A DNA stretch of 64,000 nucleotides from Gracilinanus agilis (lineage: Eukaryota), in contig NC_058130.1 of the NCBI RefSeq assembly GCF_016433145.1, positions 90,590,655 through 90,654,654 on the forward strand. The letters run 5' to 3'. Positions 1 to 11,494 of the stretch are shown one piece after another. The notes under the pieces are model-generated. The model searched no databases. It was not told the origin of the DNA and worked only from the letters and a program-made list of their open reading frames with translations. The position numbers and the translations under genes are program-made. Within the stretch, counting starts at the first letter, position 1; each line of letters opens with the position of its first letter.

Positions 1-128
1 GAACTCTATCCACTGCACCTCCTGGCTACAGGTCTAGCTAAGGGCATTTACACGTTACATCTAATTGGTGAGCATCACCCAAGCTTATAATGAGAAGAAA
101 CTTAATAAAAGCCAATGCCTTTAGTAAA

Positions 129-588
129 CGTTTACCTGTCGCTCCCTAGATTTGGAAGGGACACATGCCATCATTAATTACTGACCAATTGGGGCGGGTA
201 TATATCACTGCCAAAGTCTACAAACTCCACGGCTTATGGTTACAGGAAAATACCTTACCTGACAGCTACTTAGTCCCAAAATGGAGCTGCTCGTCTTGCC
301 TTAGCGTTCTTATTCCCACTGCACAACTGCATTCAATGTGACTCCGCAGCAATATCCTCTCCGCTGGATGCTGCCACGCACTTCTGCTTCAAGATAGCAT
401 CGCCAACGGTGCGGGAGAGGAGAGAAAATTCCCGCTCCCCTTGCCGTGCCCTCCGAGGGGCACAAAGGGGCAAGTGAAGAACGCATTTTGCAAGGCTGAG
501 TTCTTTCTCCATAGCTGGAATATTTTCTCAACTCTACCAGAGCCAGGTCTCCCATTTTTATGCCCTCACCCCAAATCCATTGCCTCCG
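129..588. promoter_or_regulatory. Orphan CpG-enriched promoter-like element
   Basis: 17 CpG in 460 bp versus about 1 in the next 600 bp; CCAAT at 185, GGGGCGGG at 191 and TATATAT at 199 are directly abutted. Confidence 0.4.
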
Positions 589-1238
589 TCAAACTTCAGC
601 CAGATTTTCTGACTCTTTCATAAGCAAATGACCCCTCAATGTGTCTGCCCTTCCCAGAATACCAAATGCAGCCACATTCTTACATGTCCCTAATCGTTAT
701 TTGCCCCTGACACCCTCAGAGTCTGAAAGCTACTCTAATTTCATCCTTTGGGGATTTTGTTTGATTGGTTTGATGTCTCCTATCAATTTCCTCTTCCCCC
801 TTCTTTTTAAAAGAATTTATTTGTTTTGTTGGAGCTGCTGGGTTGCTCAATGGTTTGAGAGTCAGGCCTTGGGTTCAAATCTAACCTCAGACACTTCCTA
901 GCTGGATGACTCTGAACAAGTCACTTAACCCCCCTTGCCTAGTCCTTACTGTTCTTCTGCCTTGGAACCAATACACAATATTCATTCTAAGGTGGAAGGT
1001 GAGAGTTCAAATATATATATTTTTTAATTTGTTTATTTGGGACAGCTAGGTAGCTTGATGGCTTGAGATGGACCAGACCTGGAAAAAGGAGATCCTAGGT
1101 TCAAGTCTGGCCTCAGATGTATTCTAGCTATGTGACCCTGGGCAAGTCACAACCCCAACTGCTTAGCCCTTACTGTTCTTCTGCTTTGGAACCAATATAT
1201 TTAGCATTGATTCTTAGAAAGAAAATAAGGTGTTTAAA

Positions 1239-1323
1239 GAGCGGGGGGGGGGGGTGAAGGGGAAAGTAGGGGCATAAAGTATGTAAACAGGTTAAAAATG
1301 AATATTAATAAATGTTTAAAAAA
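1239..1323 (+). mobile_element. Very short retroposon 3' tip (L1-type), copy 1
   Basis: G-tract, AATAAA, A-tail; 21-bp TSD with 2 mismatches at 1218-1238 and 1324-1344. Confidence 0.7.
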
Positions 1324-1459
1324 AAAGAAAAGAAGGTATTTAAAAAAATTTTGTCCATCACATTAAAACTCCCAGGTATCTCCCTCCCTCCTTCACCTCC
1401 CTGCATTAGAGAAGCCATCATTTGACAAAAAGATATACGTACATATAAAACTAGGTCTT

Positions 1460-1580
1460 AACCAGTGGAAATGTGCGTTGGCCATGGGTGGGGGGAGAGC
1501 AGGGGGGGGGTGAAGGGGAAAGTAGGGGCATAAAGTATGTAAACAGATTAAAAACGAATATTAATAAATGTCTAATAAAA
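1460..1580 (+). mobile_element. Very short retroposon 3' tip (L1-type), copy 2
   Basis: Shares ~80 near-identical bp with copy 1; perfect 13-bp TSD AAAACTAGGTCTT at 1447-1459 and 1581-1593. Confidence 0.8.
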
Positions 1581-2149
1581 AAAACTAGGTCTTGTTTGCT
1601 TCTGTTTATTGGTTCTTTCTCTGGAGGTGGACATACACAAGTCACTCTTCAGTATTTCTGTTGTATGTAATGCTCTCTTGGGTCTGCTTGTTTCACTCTT
1701 CATAAGTTCATGTGGGTCTTACCATGTTTTTTATATATGCTTTATGTCTTATTATTTTTATATGTTTTATATATGTTTTAACCTGCTTACATGATGAACA
1801 TGGAGTTGTGAATTACATGAGAACACATGTAACTCTATGATATTACCTGCTGTCTTGGGGAGGGAGAGAACATAGATCACAAAATGTCAGAAAACAGTTA
1901 TTAAGATTATATCTACAGTGGGCAGCTGGGTGACTCAGTGGCTAGAGAGCCAGGCCTAGAGACAAGAGGTCCTGGGTTCAAATCTGGCCTCAGACACTTA
2001 CTTCCCAGCAGCATGACCCTGAGCAAGTCACTTAACCCCCATTGCTTAGCCCTTAGCGCTTTTCTGTCTTAGAACCAAAACACAGTACTGATTCTAAGAT
2101 GGAAGATGAGGGTTTGAAAAATAATTGTATCTACATGTAAGCTGGAAGA

Positions 2150-2510
2150 AATATAGATATAAAAGAAATATATATAAGAAATATATGTAAAAGATAAATG
2201 TAAAAGAAATATATATGTAAATAATATATATGAAAGAAATATATGTAAAAGCTATATAAGAGAAATATATAAAAGAAATATATATGATATATGTAAAAGA
2301 TATATAAAAGAAATATATGTAAAAGCTATATAAGAGAAATATATATAAAAGAAATAGATATAAGAAATAGATATGTAAAAGATATACAAAAGAAATAGAT
2401 GTAAAAGAAATATAACTATAAAATATATACATAAAAGAAATATTTTTGTAAAAGAAATCTATACAAGAAATATGTTAAAGAAATATCTATATAAAGAATA
2501 TATATGTAAA
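2150..2510. repeat. AT-rich compound tandem repeat (AAAAGAAATATAT-type)
   Basis: Repeated AAAAGAAATATA / AAAAGATATA / AAAAGCTATATAAG units extending from a SINE/L1 tail. Confidence 0.9.
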
Positions 2511-4697
2511 AGAAACAAATGACCAAAAAAATCAAGCTGCTTGTCATTTCTTCCGGCACAGTAGCATTCCGTCATAATCATATGCCACAACTTGTTTAAC
2601 TGTTCCCCAACGGATGGGCACAGCATTTTTAAGGAATCCCTTTTTGGTGCATGGATTAGCATGACCAAAGAATTCATTGCCTTGTGGCCACTCTGCAAAT
2701 GAGGAGGATTTCTGTCCTTGGGATCAGCCTGGACCCCAGAGAGCAGATGCAGTCCTTGCTGTTGTTGTGTTGGTTCAGGCTTGTGATTTCTTTAGTGGAG
2801 GAAATTCCCAGGAATGTCTACAATTGCTCTGCAAGGGATGATCTCACAGTCATCTGGGATTCGGAGGGGTTAAGTAACCATCCGCAGGCCCAGAGTCCCT
2901 TTGTCTCCAAGGCAGAACTCGAGCCTTTTTAGCCACTGTGGCTCTCACTTGGCTGACTTTAGAATCGTCCTTCAAGGTTTATAAAGTCTCTTTTCCTAAT
3001 AGCAATACTAGAAGCAGCACACAGTATGGTACCCATTTTACAGACTCAAGCACTTATATAGTGCCTATCCCAGAATAATAGGATTGTAGGTTTAGAAGGC
3101 ATCATCTAGTCCAAGGGCAGCAAGGTAGCTCAGTGCATAGAGAGCCAGGCCTGGAGATGGGAAGTCCTGGGTTCAAAATCTGGCCTTAGACACTGCCTAG
3201 CTGTGTGACCCTGGGCAAGTCATTTATCCCCTGTAGCCTAGCCTAGGAGCCAATACTTAGTATTGATTCTAAGACAGATAAAAAATTATTTAGTCCAATC
3301 TTCTTTCTTCTTTTACACATAAGGAAAACTGAAGCCCATAAATGGAAAGGGATTTGCCTACAATCACTCAGAAAGTGAATTATAGAGACAATTTGAACAC
3401 AGATCTCTTTTCTTGACTAAACCCAATGTACTTCCCACCACACAATAATTATGCATTATAATATTCAGTGATCTATAGACTAGACCTTTCTTGGGGATGG
3501 AGTGTTACAGAGATAATAATGATAATATTTATGTAGCATTTTAAGGTTTGCAAAACAATTTACAAATATTACCTCACTTAATCCTTGCAGCAACCCTAGA
3601 AGGCTGATGCCATTACACTTAAGGAAACTTCAGCCAACAGAGATGAAAGTCACTTGTTAAGGGACACATAGCTAGTGATTATCTGAAGCTGGATTTGAAC
3701 TCAGGTCTTCCAGACTTCAAGTCTAGCATTTAATTCATTTTCATCTTTTTCTTATTTTGAAAGTCTATAATCCATTTGATTTTGGGTGCTCTTACAACAA
3801 TGGCCAATATGGAAGTGTGTTTTACAAATAATACATGTATGGCCTAGATCAAATTGCTTACTCTCTCTGAGCAGAAGGAAGGAAGTGAGGGAGGGAGACG
3901 GTTTAGATCTTGTAATTTTGGAACATATATGTTAGAAGGGGGCAGGTGAGTGGCTCAGTGGATGGAGAACCAGACCCAGAGATGGGAGGTCCTGCGTTCA
4001 AATCTGGCCCTCAGACATTTCCCAGCTGTGTGACCCTGGGCAAGTCACTTCATTCCCATTGCCTAGCCCTTGCCATCCTTCTGCCTTGGGACCAACATAC
4101 AGTATTGATTTCAAGATGAAAAGTAAGGGTTTAAAAAAAAAAGAAAGAAAATGTAAGTTAAAAATTACTATTCTATGTAATTGCGAAAATAAAATATTTT
4201 TGAACAAAAAAGAAAGTCTCTACTCCAGCCTTTGTTTCCTTTTTTATGTTCCAGGTGGTAACTCTTGGATCCTCCTACAACATCCATCTGATCCTTTACC
4301 CTGAATGAAAATCCCATGTTTCCCAGGAAGCCTCTCCTGACCCCTCTTAATTCCAGTACTTTCCCTTTTAAAATTATAATTTTTATATATGAGTATATAA
4401 ATAAACATGTAAACATATTTATTTATATATTATCTATCTTACATATATACATAAGAACATATATATATACATATATATATATATATAACAAAAATTTGAA
4501 TTCCTCTTTATCCTCCATATAGAACTTGCTTTGTAGTTATTTGTTTGCCTTCCTCACTAGACTAAGTTCCTTGAGGGCAGGGACTGTTTTTTGCTTCTTT
4601 TTGTATCCCCAGTTCTTAGTATTGTATCTGCCCAGGGGAAGCCCTTCATCAGTGTTTATTGAATTGAAGACTACAAAGGGAAGGGTAAGACAAAGGC

Positions 4698-6329
4698 TCA
4701 GGAAAGCCTGTGCTTCGTGGGGGTCTCTGGTGGTCCTGGAGCTTCATGGGAGATGATGCGCTGATAATGCTTCACCAAGAAAGACGACTCCTAGAGCAGC
4801 CATGGGGCCGGGAGAGCTGGGGTCACATCCTTGCTCCAATACTTGTTATTACGGGCTGTGGGGAAGTTAGTTGACTTCTCTTAGGTTCTTTATTCATAAA
4901 ATAAATGGGAATAACATACTCAGACTCCAGATTCTCTGATTCTAAAACTGGGGCTTTTAGTGGGCCACATCGCAGGGTTCTAATTTTGGTGGGACACCCA
5001 GGCCCATGGCTCCAGGCCCTGCTTTCAGGGCTACCACCTTGGTACATTCGGAGGAGAATAAAAATGTCTCTGGGCTCCACTAAGCAGAATTGGAAGGAGC
5101 CAGAGGGTGAAAGGGATGGGGAGTCAACTGAAACTGCTTCAGCTCCTCCATTTTTCCAAGCCTGAATCTGACTATTCCCTCTGCTTTAAGGATGTTCCTT
5201 ATCCTCTTAAAAGGATGCTGGAGGAGGCAGTTGGGTAGCTCAGTGGATGGAGAGCCAAACCTAGAGATGGGAGGTTCTAGGTTCTAATCTGACCTCAAAC
5301 TCTTCTTAGCAGTGTGACCCTGGGCAAATCACTTAACCCCCATTGCCTAGCTTTTGCTACTCTTCTGCCTTAGAACCAATACACATTATTGATCCCAAGG
5401 CAGACGGTAAGAGTTTTTTAAAAAGAGAAAAAAGGACGCTGGAAGCTATTCACATAAAATGCTTCTGGCCCAGGACAAACACACAGCCCGAGGCCATCTT
5501 TTGGAGATCAAGTCAGTAAAGACCACAAAGCCGTATGGTGAGGAGGATCTCAGGGAGGTGGCCAGGAGGAAACTTTTTCCAGTGGAAAATTTATTTCTTC
5601 CTAATCCTGAGATATATGGATAATATATCCTCTGGATGGACCAGAAGGATTCTACTGTCATCCCAGAGGCTTACTGAGTAGGAAAGTGGGTGGCAAGACC
5701 CCAACAATGACCTGAGAAGCCCAGACTACCCACCACATCATTTTGTGTTCCTTTGCTTGTGAGTCCAGGTCTGGGGATGGCTAGAAAGACTAGGGTTGGC
5801 AGGTAAGAGACAATGGGCAAAGAAAGGCAGGAAGAAGCCTGGCAAGCAGAAATTGGATAGACACATGGCTGGTGGGCAGACCAAGGTCTGGTGGGTCTGG
5901 CAAACAAGAGTCCTTTCCAGGCAGGGATTGGTGGTCAGGAAGCTTGTTTTCCAATAGCAGATGGGGCCGCTGGGCAAGGAAATAAGAGTGGGCAGAGGGA
6001 ATAGGGGAAAGGGGTTAGTAGCCATGGGAGCTGCTCAGGAAGGGGACCTAACTCAAGAGGCAAGTGTATCCGGGTCTGGCAAAGAAGTAGACTGGTAAGG
6101 AGGGGCAGATGAGGGACCTGAAAAGTAAAGGGAAGAGGGGTGAAAGGGAAGGTGTCTGGGCAGAAATCAAGCAGACGGGTAGCAAATGGGATTAGCTGGG
6201 AGAGGAGGAACTGGGCATCTGTTCCTACCTTTGTTCCTCTGAGCTAGGCCTTTAAAATGGCTTAAACAGCCGTGACACAGAGTCCTGAACTGTCCCAGTT
6301 TCTTACTTAAAGAAAAATCCAGCGAGAAG
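4698..6329 (-). other. Candidate unannotated spliced gene or lncRNA (exons 6329-6229, 5606-5454 or 5673-5454, 5079-5038, 4790-~4650)
   Basis: Canonical acceptors with polypyrimidine tracts and GT donors in repeat-free, CpG-retaining sequence; minus-strand AATAAA at 4660-4655. No homologue recognised. Confidence 0.35.
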
Positions 6330-6914
6330 CTGGAAAGACAGGAAGGGCCAAGCTGGTAGGGAGGAGAGCAGGAGAGGAGGCTGAATCAGGGATTAGCTAA
6401 ATTGCTCCAATTATGGAGATGCAAATTCAGCATCTCTTCTGCTGCTGGCCTTAGTCCCCTGGTATCCCATAGCAGTACACCCTGGACGTTGGGATGAAGA
6501 GTTGCCATTTTTAGCCTTCATGTAAATACCACTTTGGAGACCAACTGTGCAAGGCATTTGGGGGGGGGGGGAAACCAATAACAACCACCACCCTTTTTCC
6601 AGGGTAGAAATATAAGGCCCAGGGGAAAAGACCAGATGATTAATACTGGAATAGACTTTAAAAATCATCTACTTCAACATTCCATATTAAAAATGGGGAA
6701 ACTGAGGTCCTTAAAGGTTAAGTGGCTTGTAACGGTTACATAGGGTAATATGTAGGATACGAGCTGGGATTTGAATCTGGGTCTCTGACTCTGAGGCACC
6801 CAGATGCCTCAGTGGATAGAGCCATTAAGCCTGGAGTCAGGAAGACCTGAGTTCAAATCCTGCCTCAGGTACTTACTATGGGAGACTGGACAAATCACTT
6901 ATCCCTTTTGCCTA

Positions 6915-7130
6915 GGAAGCAGCTAGGTTGTTCAGTGGATGGAGTTCAAATCAGGTCTCAAGCATTTAGCAACTGTGGGACTTTGGACAAGTCACTTAAC
7001 TTCTGCCTATCTTAATCTGCTGGAGAAGGAAATGGCAAATCATTCCTGTATCTTTGCCAAGAAAACCCTGGAGACAGTATGGTCCATGGGTGAAGAAGAG
7101 TTGAACACGGCTGAACAATGGAACAACAAC
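6915..7130 (+). mobile_element. Mar1-type SINE (CORE plus RTE-derived tail); further copies at ~9985-10135(-), 17448-17665, 32915-33145, 55735-55945
   Basis: CTGGAGAAGGAAATGGCAAA...ATCTTTGCCAAGAAAACCC and an AACAAC tail. Confidence 0.8.
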
Positions 7131-7599
7131 TATTCTGACTCCAAAGGTAGTGCTCATTGCACTGCGCCATAAGATGTAATGATAACCACAACAACACTTT
7201 TTTCTGGAGCAATTTGAGATTTCTGGCAACCTCTTCACAGCAGCTCTAGGAGAGAGACCTTTTTTGAAAATGAGAACCTTAAAGTTTAGATGGCTTACAT
7301 TTGATCATAAGTATCAGAATCAATATTGTAACTTAACGGGACCCTACCTACCTTCCCTCCCCCTAGTTAGTTGGGAATTCCTTGGAAGGAAGGAAAAAAG
7401 CATTTATTAAGTACCAGGCAGTGTGCTAAGCTGTGGAGGTACAAATACAAATACAAATACAAGCTAAAAAGAAAGTCCCTGCCTTCAAGGAGCTTACATT
7501 CTAATAGGGGGGAAGAGGACAAACAAAAGAATGCTTAAAAAAAGGCAATGCAAGGTTCAACTATAGAAGTAAAGGAATCCCAGATAGGGGCATGGATTT

Positions 7600-8520
7600 G
7601 AAGTTCAGAGGAAGTCAGAAAAAAGGTCTGGGAGGGAAATATAGGCAGGTCAAACTTGGGTCCTATACAAAGTGGAGGGTCTGGGAGGAACTCACCAGTG
7701 GGAGAGAGGGAGGGAGTGGGGTCTTGAGAAGGGATTTTCCAAATGAGAAGGTCATGAGGAAGGGAAGATGGATTAGGAAGTAGGAGGAGGTAGGAGCTAA
7801 GAAGTACACCTAAGGCCCTATCTGCTTCTTTCTTATGAAAAAGGCCCTCCAGTCCTTTCTCCACCAAATAAAAATCATGTATTGCCTACTAGTATGCAAG
7901 ACTAGGCATTATAGATATAAAAACAAAAAATTAGAATCTCTGCTCTCAAGAGGCTTATGTTCTTTTGGGAAATATAACATATTCACAGACAAGCAAAAAT
8001 AGGATGTATGCTTGTAGTATAGAATAAATTCAAGGGAAGTACCAAACAAATAAGTTTGTATTTCTTCATCTGTATACATGGGGAGCCATTGAAGCTTCTT
8101 GAGTAGAGAAGTCAGGCACTATAATTTATGATGAGGATATATCAAAAAGTTGAGTGACTATTCAGAGAAACTAATGAGGAAGCTATTTCAATAGCAATAG
8201 GCAAGGGGTAATGAAGACCTTCTCTAAGGTGATTGTGATATGAGAAAAGGGGGTCAGATAGGAGAGATACCGAGTAAGTGACATGGAAGATACTTGGTAA
8301 CTGATTGGATATGGCAGGAGAAGAGGGAAATGAAGATTTGAGAATGATCTCTGAGGGGAAAACTTGAGTAAATGAAGGAATGGGAGTACCCTTGACAGAA
8401 ATAGGGAAGTTAGGAGGGGTGCCTTTAGGTGTTGAGTTTGAAGTGTAGATGAGCCAACCAGGCAGAGATGTCCAGTAAGGACCAGAGCTTGAAGATGAAG
8501 AGTTCTAGATGTAAAAAAAC
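7600..8520 (-). mobile_element. L2 LINE fragment
   Basis: Minus strand reads LDISAWLAHLHFKLNT, like the L2 RT C-terminal motif; heavily diverged. Confidence 0.65.
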
Positions 8521-8649
8521 AGGAGTCACTTTTGTGAGGGGAGAAGATAGTTAAGATAGTTGAGATGTGAGGTGGCACTATTTTATGCAGGCTTGTCTAG
8601 TTTCCCTTAAAGGGAAAGGGGAAAGCCTTTTTTGGAGTCATTGATTTGG

Positions 8650-9985
8650 CTGCCTTTCAGCTCAGGGCTTCAATCTCTTTAATTTTAGAGGCTCCATTTT
8701 CTTCACCTGGGTATTTTTATGATCCCCATTTAACTAGTCACTCCTATGTCTGCCTCTTTGGAGTGGAACTTGGAACAGGTTATATAGCTTTGGAAAAGCT
8801 AATGTGTACTATCCAGCAGGCTCTTTTCCTGGATCCTTATGATCCCATGGAGCCAATGTTCTTAGGGGTTCTAGAAGGACAAGACTAAATGGAGCCTTCA
8901 TCGGTTACCAAGAAGTAGCTAAAGTCAATGACTATTAAGGTTTTAGAGTTATAAACTCCCTGAAGGGGCCACTCCTTAAACTACTTTTGAAAAACAGTTA
9001 TTTGCCCTTGTTTCTACTGAACTGGTGATGCAGGGTCATACCATTACCCTTCATTAAATTTCCCTTTAGGAGCTGAGCAATGTAAGATGGTCCCTCTAAC
9101 AAGATGGGGAGCCCTCCTTTGTTAAATAGAAATGGGACATTCAAGATCAGGCTTCCATAGACCCCTTAGATGTTAGTTGCTCTTCATGAACAGATTGCGA
9201 CTTTGCCAGAGGCTGACCCCTCCACCCATTCTAGCCCTAGCACTTTGCTTATTCTATTAGCCCCACTGATTCCTACCTATAAGGACTTAGCTCTTGGGGA
9301 ATGATATTTTTCTTGATTTCCTGATGGCTCTCACAATTCTGAGAGGCATACACCACTGGACACCAATGGCCATTAACCCAATAATAGGAGACACTCGGAG
9401 GTACTAGGATCCTGGCAAGTCTTCCCAGCGAGCCAACCTCTGAGCTATATGGCTACTGAATGAGAGCCAGGAGGGATGGGGGCAGGCAATATTTTTTTCA
9501 TACTGATTCCTAGGTAGTAACTATAAGCTAAGCTGAGTGATCTGGAGTCTGGAGAAAACAGAACAGGACAATTAAAAACTCCCCGCTTTTGAGTCAGAAC
9601 CAATGATGGACTTCTGCTGATGCTTTCAGCTACAGAGTTGTTTGAAAGGCATGCTAGTACCCATCAGAGATATCATATATATTCTTCATTCTGCTGGACT
9701 GAATAATCTGGTTGATGAATTCAAGAAAATAGCAGAGATTGGAGACTGGGTCTATTATCAATATGAACATAAAAGGTCATAAAGCTACATCAATTAGCAT
9801 AGAACCATATGATTCCTAAAGATAATATGTGGCTATTTCTGCTCCTCTTGGCAAATGAAACATCTGCTTTTGAAAGCTTGCTATGGCATGATTCCATATG
9901 GCTCTTGACCTGGCCCTGATTGGTAAACTGATTATATTAGCTCTCTTCCCCCATCTTAAGTCTCGGTTTACTTTAACAGCTTTTG
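8650..9985 (+). mobile_element. Degenerate class III (ERV-L-like) retroviral pol fragment: RT connection, RNase H, integrase start
   Basis: Colinear broken-frame motifs HFLHLGIFMIPI*LVTPMSASLEWNLEQ (8695), QQALFLDPYDPMEPM, TFEKQLFA (8983), K*KWDIQDQA (9124), GKSSQRANL*AIW (9414), HTDS* (9499) and W*TDYISSLP (9921). Confidence 0.85.
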
Positions 9986-11438
9986 TTATTGTTCAATCCT
10001 TTTAGCTATGTCTGATTTTTCATGACCCTATTTGGGATTTTCTTGGCAAAGATACTGACTTGCCATTTCCTTCTCTAGCTCAGTTTACAAATGAAGAAAC
10101 TAAAGCAAACAGGGTTAAGTGACTTGCCCAGGGTGGTCACACAGACCACTTTTGAAGACCAAGCCCATATATTTCAAGTGTATAAGATAGTTCTAAATCA
10201 GCAAATAAAGATTTTTCAATTCAGGACAAAGCAATTTTGCACTTTGTCAAAGGGTTAACCTTATGGGGAGGAGATCTCAACCTCTGGGAAACAGCCACTG
10301 TGATTAGTCAGAATTTTCATTTCTTGTTCCTCAATTTAACCAATATTTATGGGGTCACAGGTCACACGAGGAAGTAGAACACTTCAGAAAGAATCCTGGG
10401 TTTTGGAACCAGAAAATTTGGAGTCAAGTCAGCCAGCCAAGCAGTCAATAAACACTTTTTAAGCATTTACTATGTGCCAAGCACTATGCTAAGTACTAAG
10501 CTCAGCTCTATCATTTACTAGTTGTGACCCTGGGCAAATCATGGAGAGGGCAGCACTGAACATAAAAGATCCAGGGTAATAAAATCAAGTTTCAAGTAAA
10601 GAAGGTGGATGGGCCAGTAGAGAAGGTAAATTCCCAACTACATCGTCTTGGTCTTTCACAACTTTTGCCTACCCCCAAAACCAATGTCAGTCTCCTAGAC
10701 TATAGGAATAGGTGCTTCTAGAAAAATCTTATTCTCCAGTCAGAGAAGAACAAACCAGAGCCAAGTATTAGAACTGGATCATGACAAGTAATTGCCTCTT
10801 GGATGGGAAGCCAACATTAGCTGGGGTTTGGGGGCAAAGAAGTAGGAGTGGGTCTTCAGCCACCAAGCCACTGATGGATCTTTGGATCTTAGCGTCATCT
10901 TGACTTCTTGTTGAGGGCCCAGGCTAATGAATCCTTGAGTGACCTTAGCACCTTAGAATCAATCTCTGGAGCGGACTTAGGAAAAATGGATTCCACTGTG
11001 GCTGGAGGCAAGAATGGCATTGTTCTGCAAAGAGTATGAAACTAGATAGGAGTCAAGAAATCTTCTTCTGAACTCTACTCCTAGTTGTGTACATTTTGAA
11101 AAGTCTCTTCCTGTCTCTGATTTTTTTCCACCTTTGTAAAATGAAGAGTTGAATGAAATGATCTCTAAAGGCTCTTCTAGCTCTGAAAATACTTGAAATC
11201 TATGATTGATGCTAGAGTGATCAGCTAACCAATCAATAAACATTTACTAAGTGCTAAAGAGGAAGGAAAGAGTTTTTTAAAAAAGTGTCCCTAGGCTCTG
11301 TCACATAAATACTCTGGTAGTCACATGAATACTCTGGTAGGAGAGAAAAAGTTTGGATTTCCAACAGGTCCCATTCCCTAGGTTATCTGGTCTCTAGTAG
11401 CTGTTCTCCTCACCCACCTTAAGGCTATGATGTAGAGC

Positions 11439-11452
11439 GTTGCCAGGGTAAC
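11439..11452 (+). promoter_or_regulatory. RFX X-box (GTTGCCAGGGTAAC), putative germ-cell promoter element
   Basis: Matches GTNRCC-N(0-3)-RGYAAC and lies 43 nt upstream of the Kozak ATG at 11495. Confidence 0.6.
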
Positions 11453-11494
11453 CTTGAATAGAGGGGCAATGAAGAGATAGAACCTGCAGGAGCC

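Larger units (their letters stand above)
831..5420 (+). mobile_element. Cluster of sense tRNA/CORE SINEs (~831-1010, 1040-1235, 1918-2115, 3115-3285, 3938-4140, 5225-5420)
   Basis: Each has a tRNA-like A/B-box head, the CORE TGTGACCCTGGGCAAGTCACTTAACC and the tail GGAACCAATACACAGTATTGATTCTAAG. Confidence 0.85.

Noticed and set aside
251-264. ATACCTTACCTG resembling the U1 snRNA 5' end
   Set aside because: Similarity stops after ~12 nt; it is simply the reverse complement of a splice-donor-like sequence.
2094-2432. 112-aa Tyr/Ile/Phe-rich minus-strand ORF
   Set aside because: Translation of the AT-rich tandem repeat.
6996-7250. Protein-like minus ORFs (SCCEEVARNLKLLQKK...) as upstream exons of the candidate gene
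   Set aside because: The sequence is MIR-like and Mar1 SINE-derived, and there is no credible donor.
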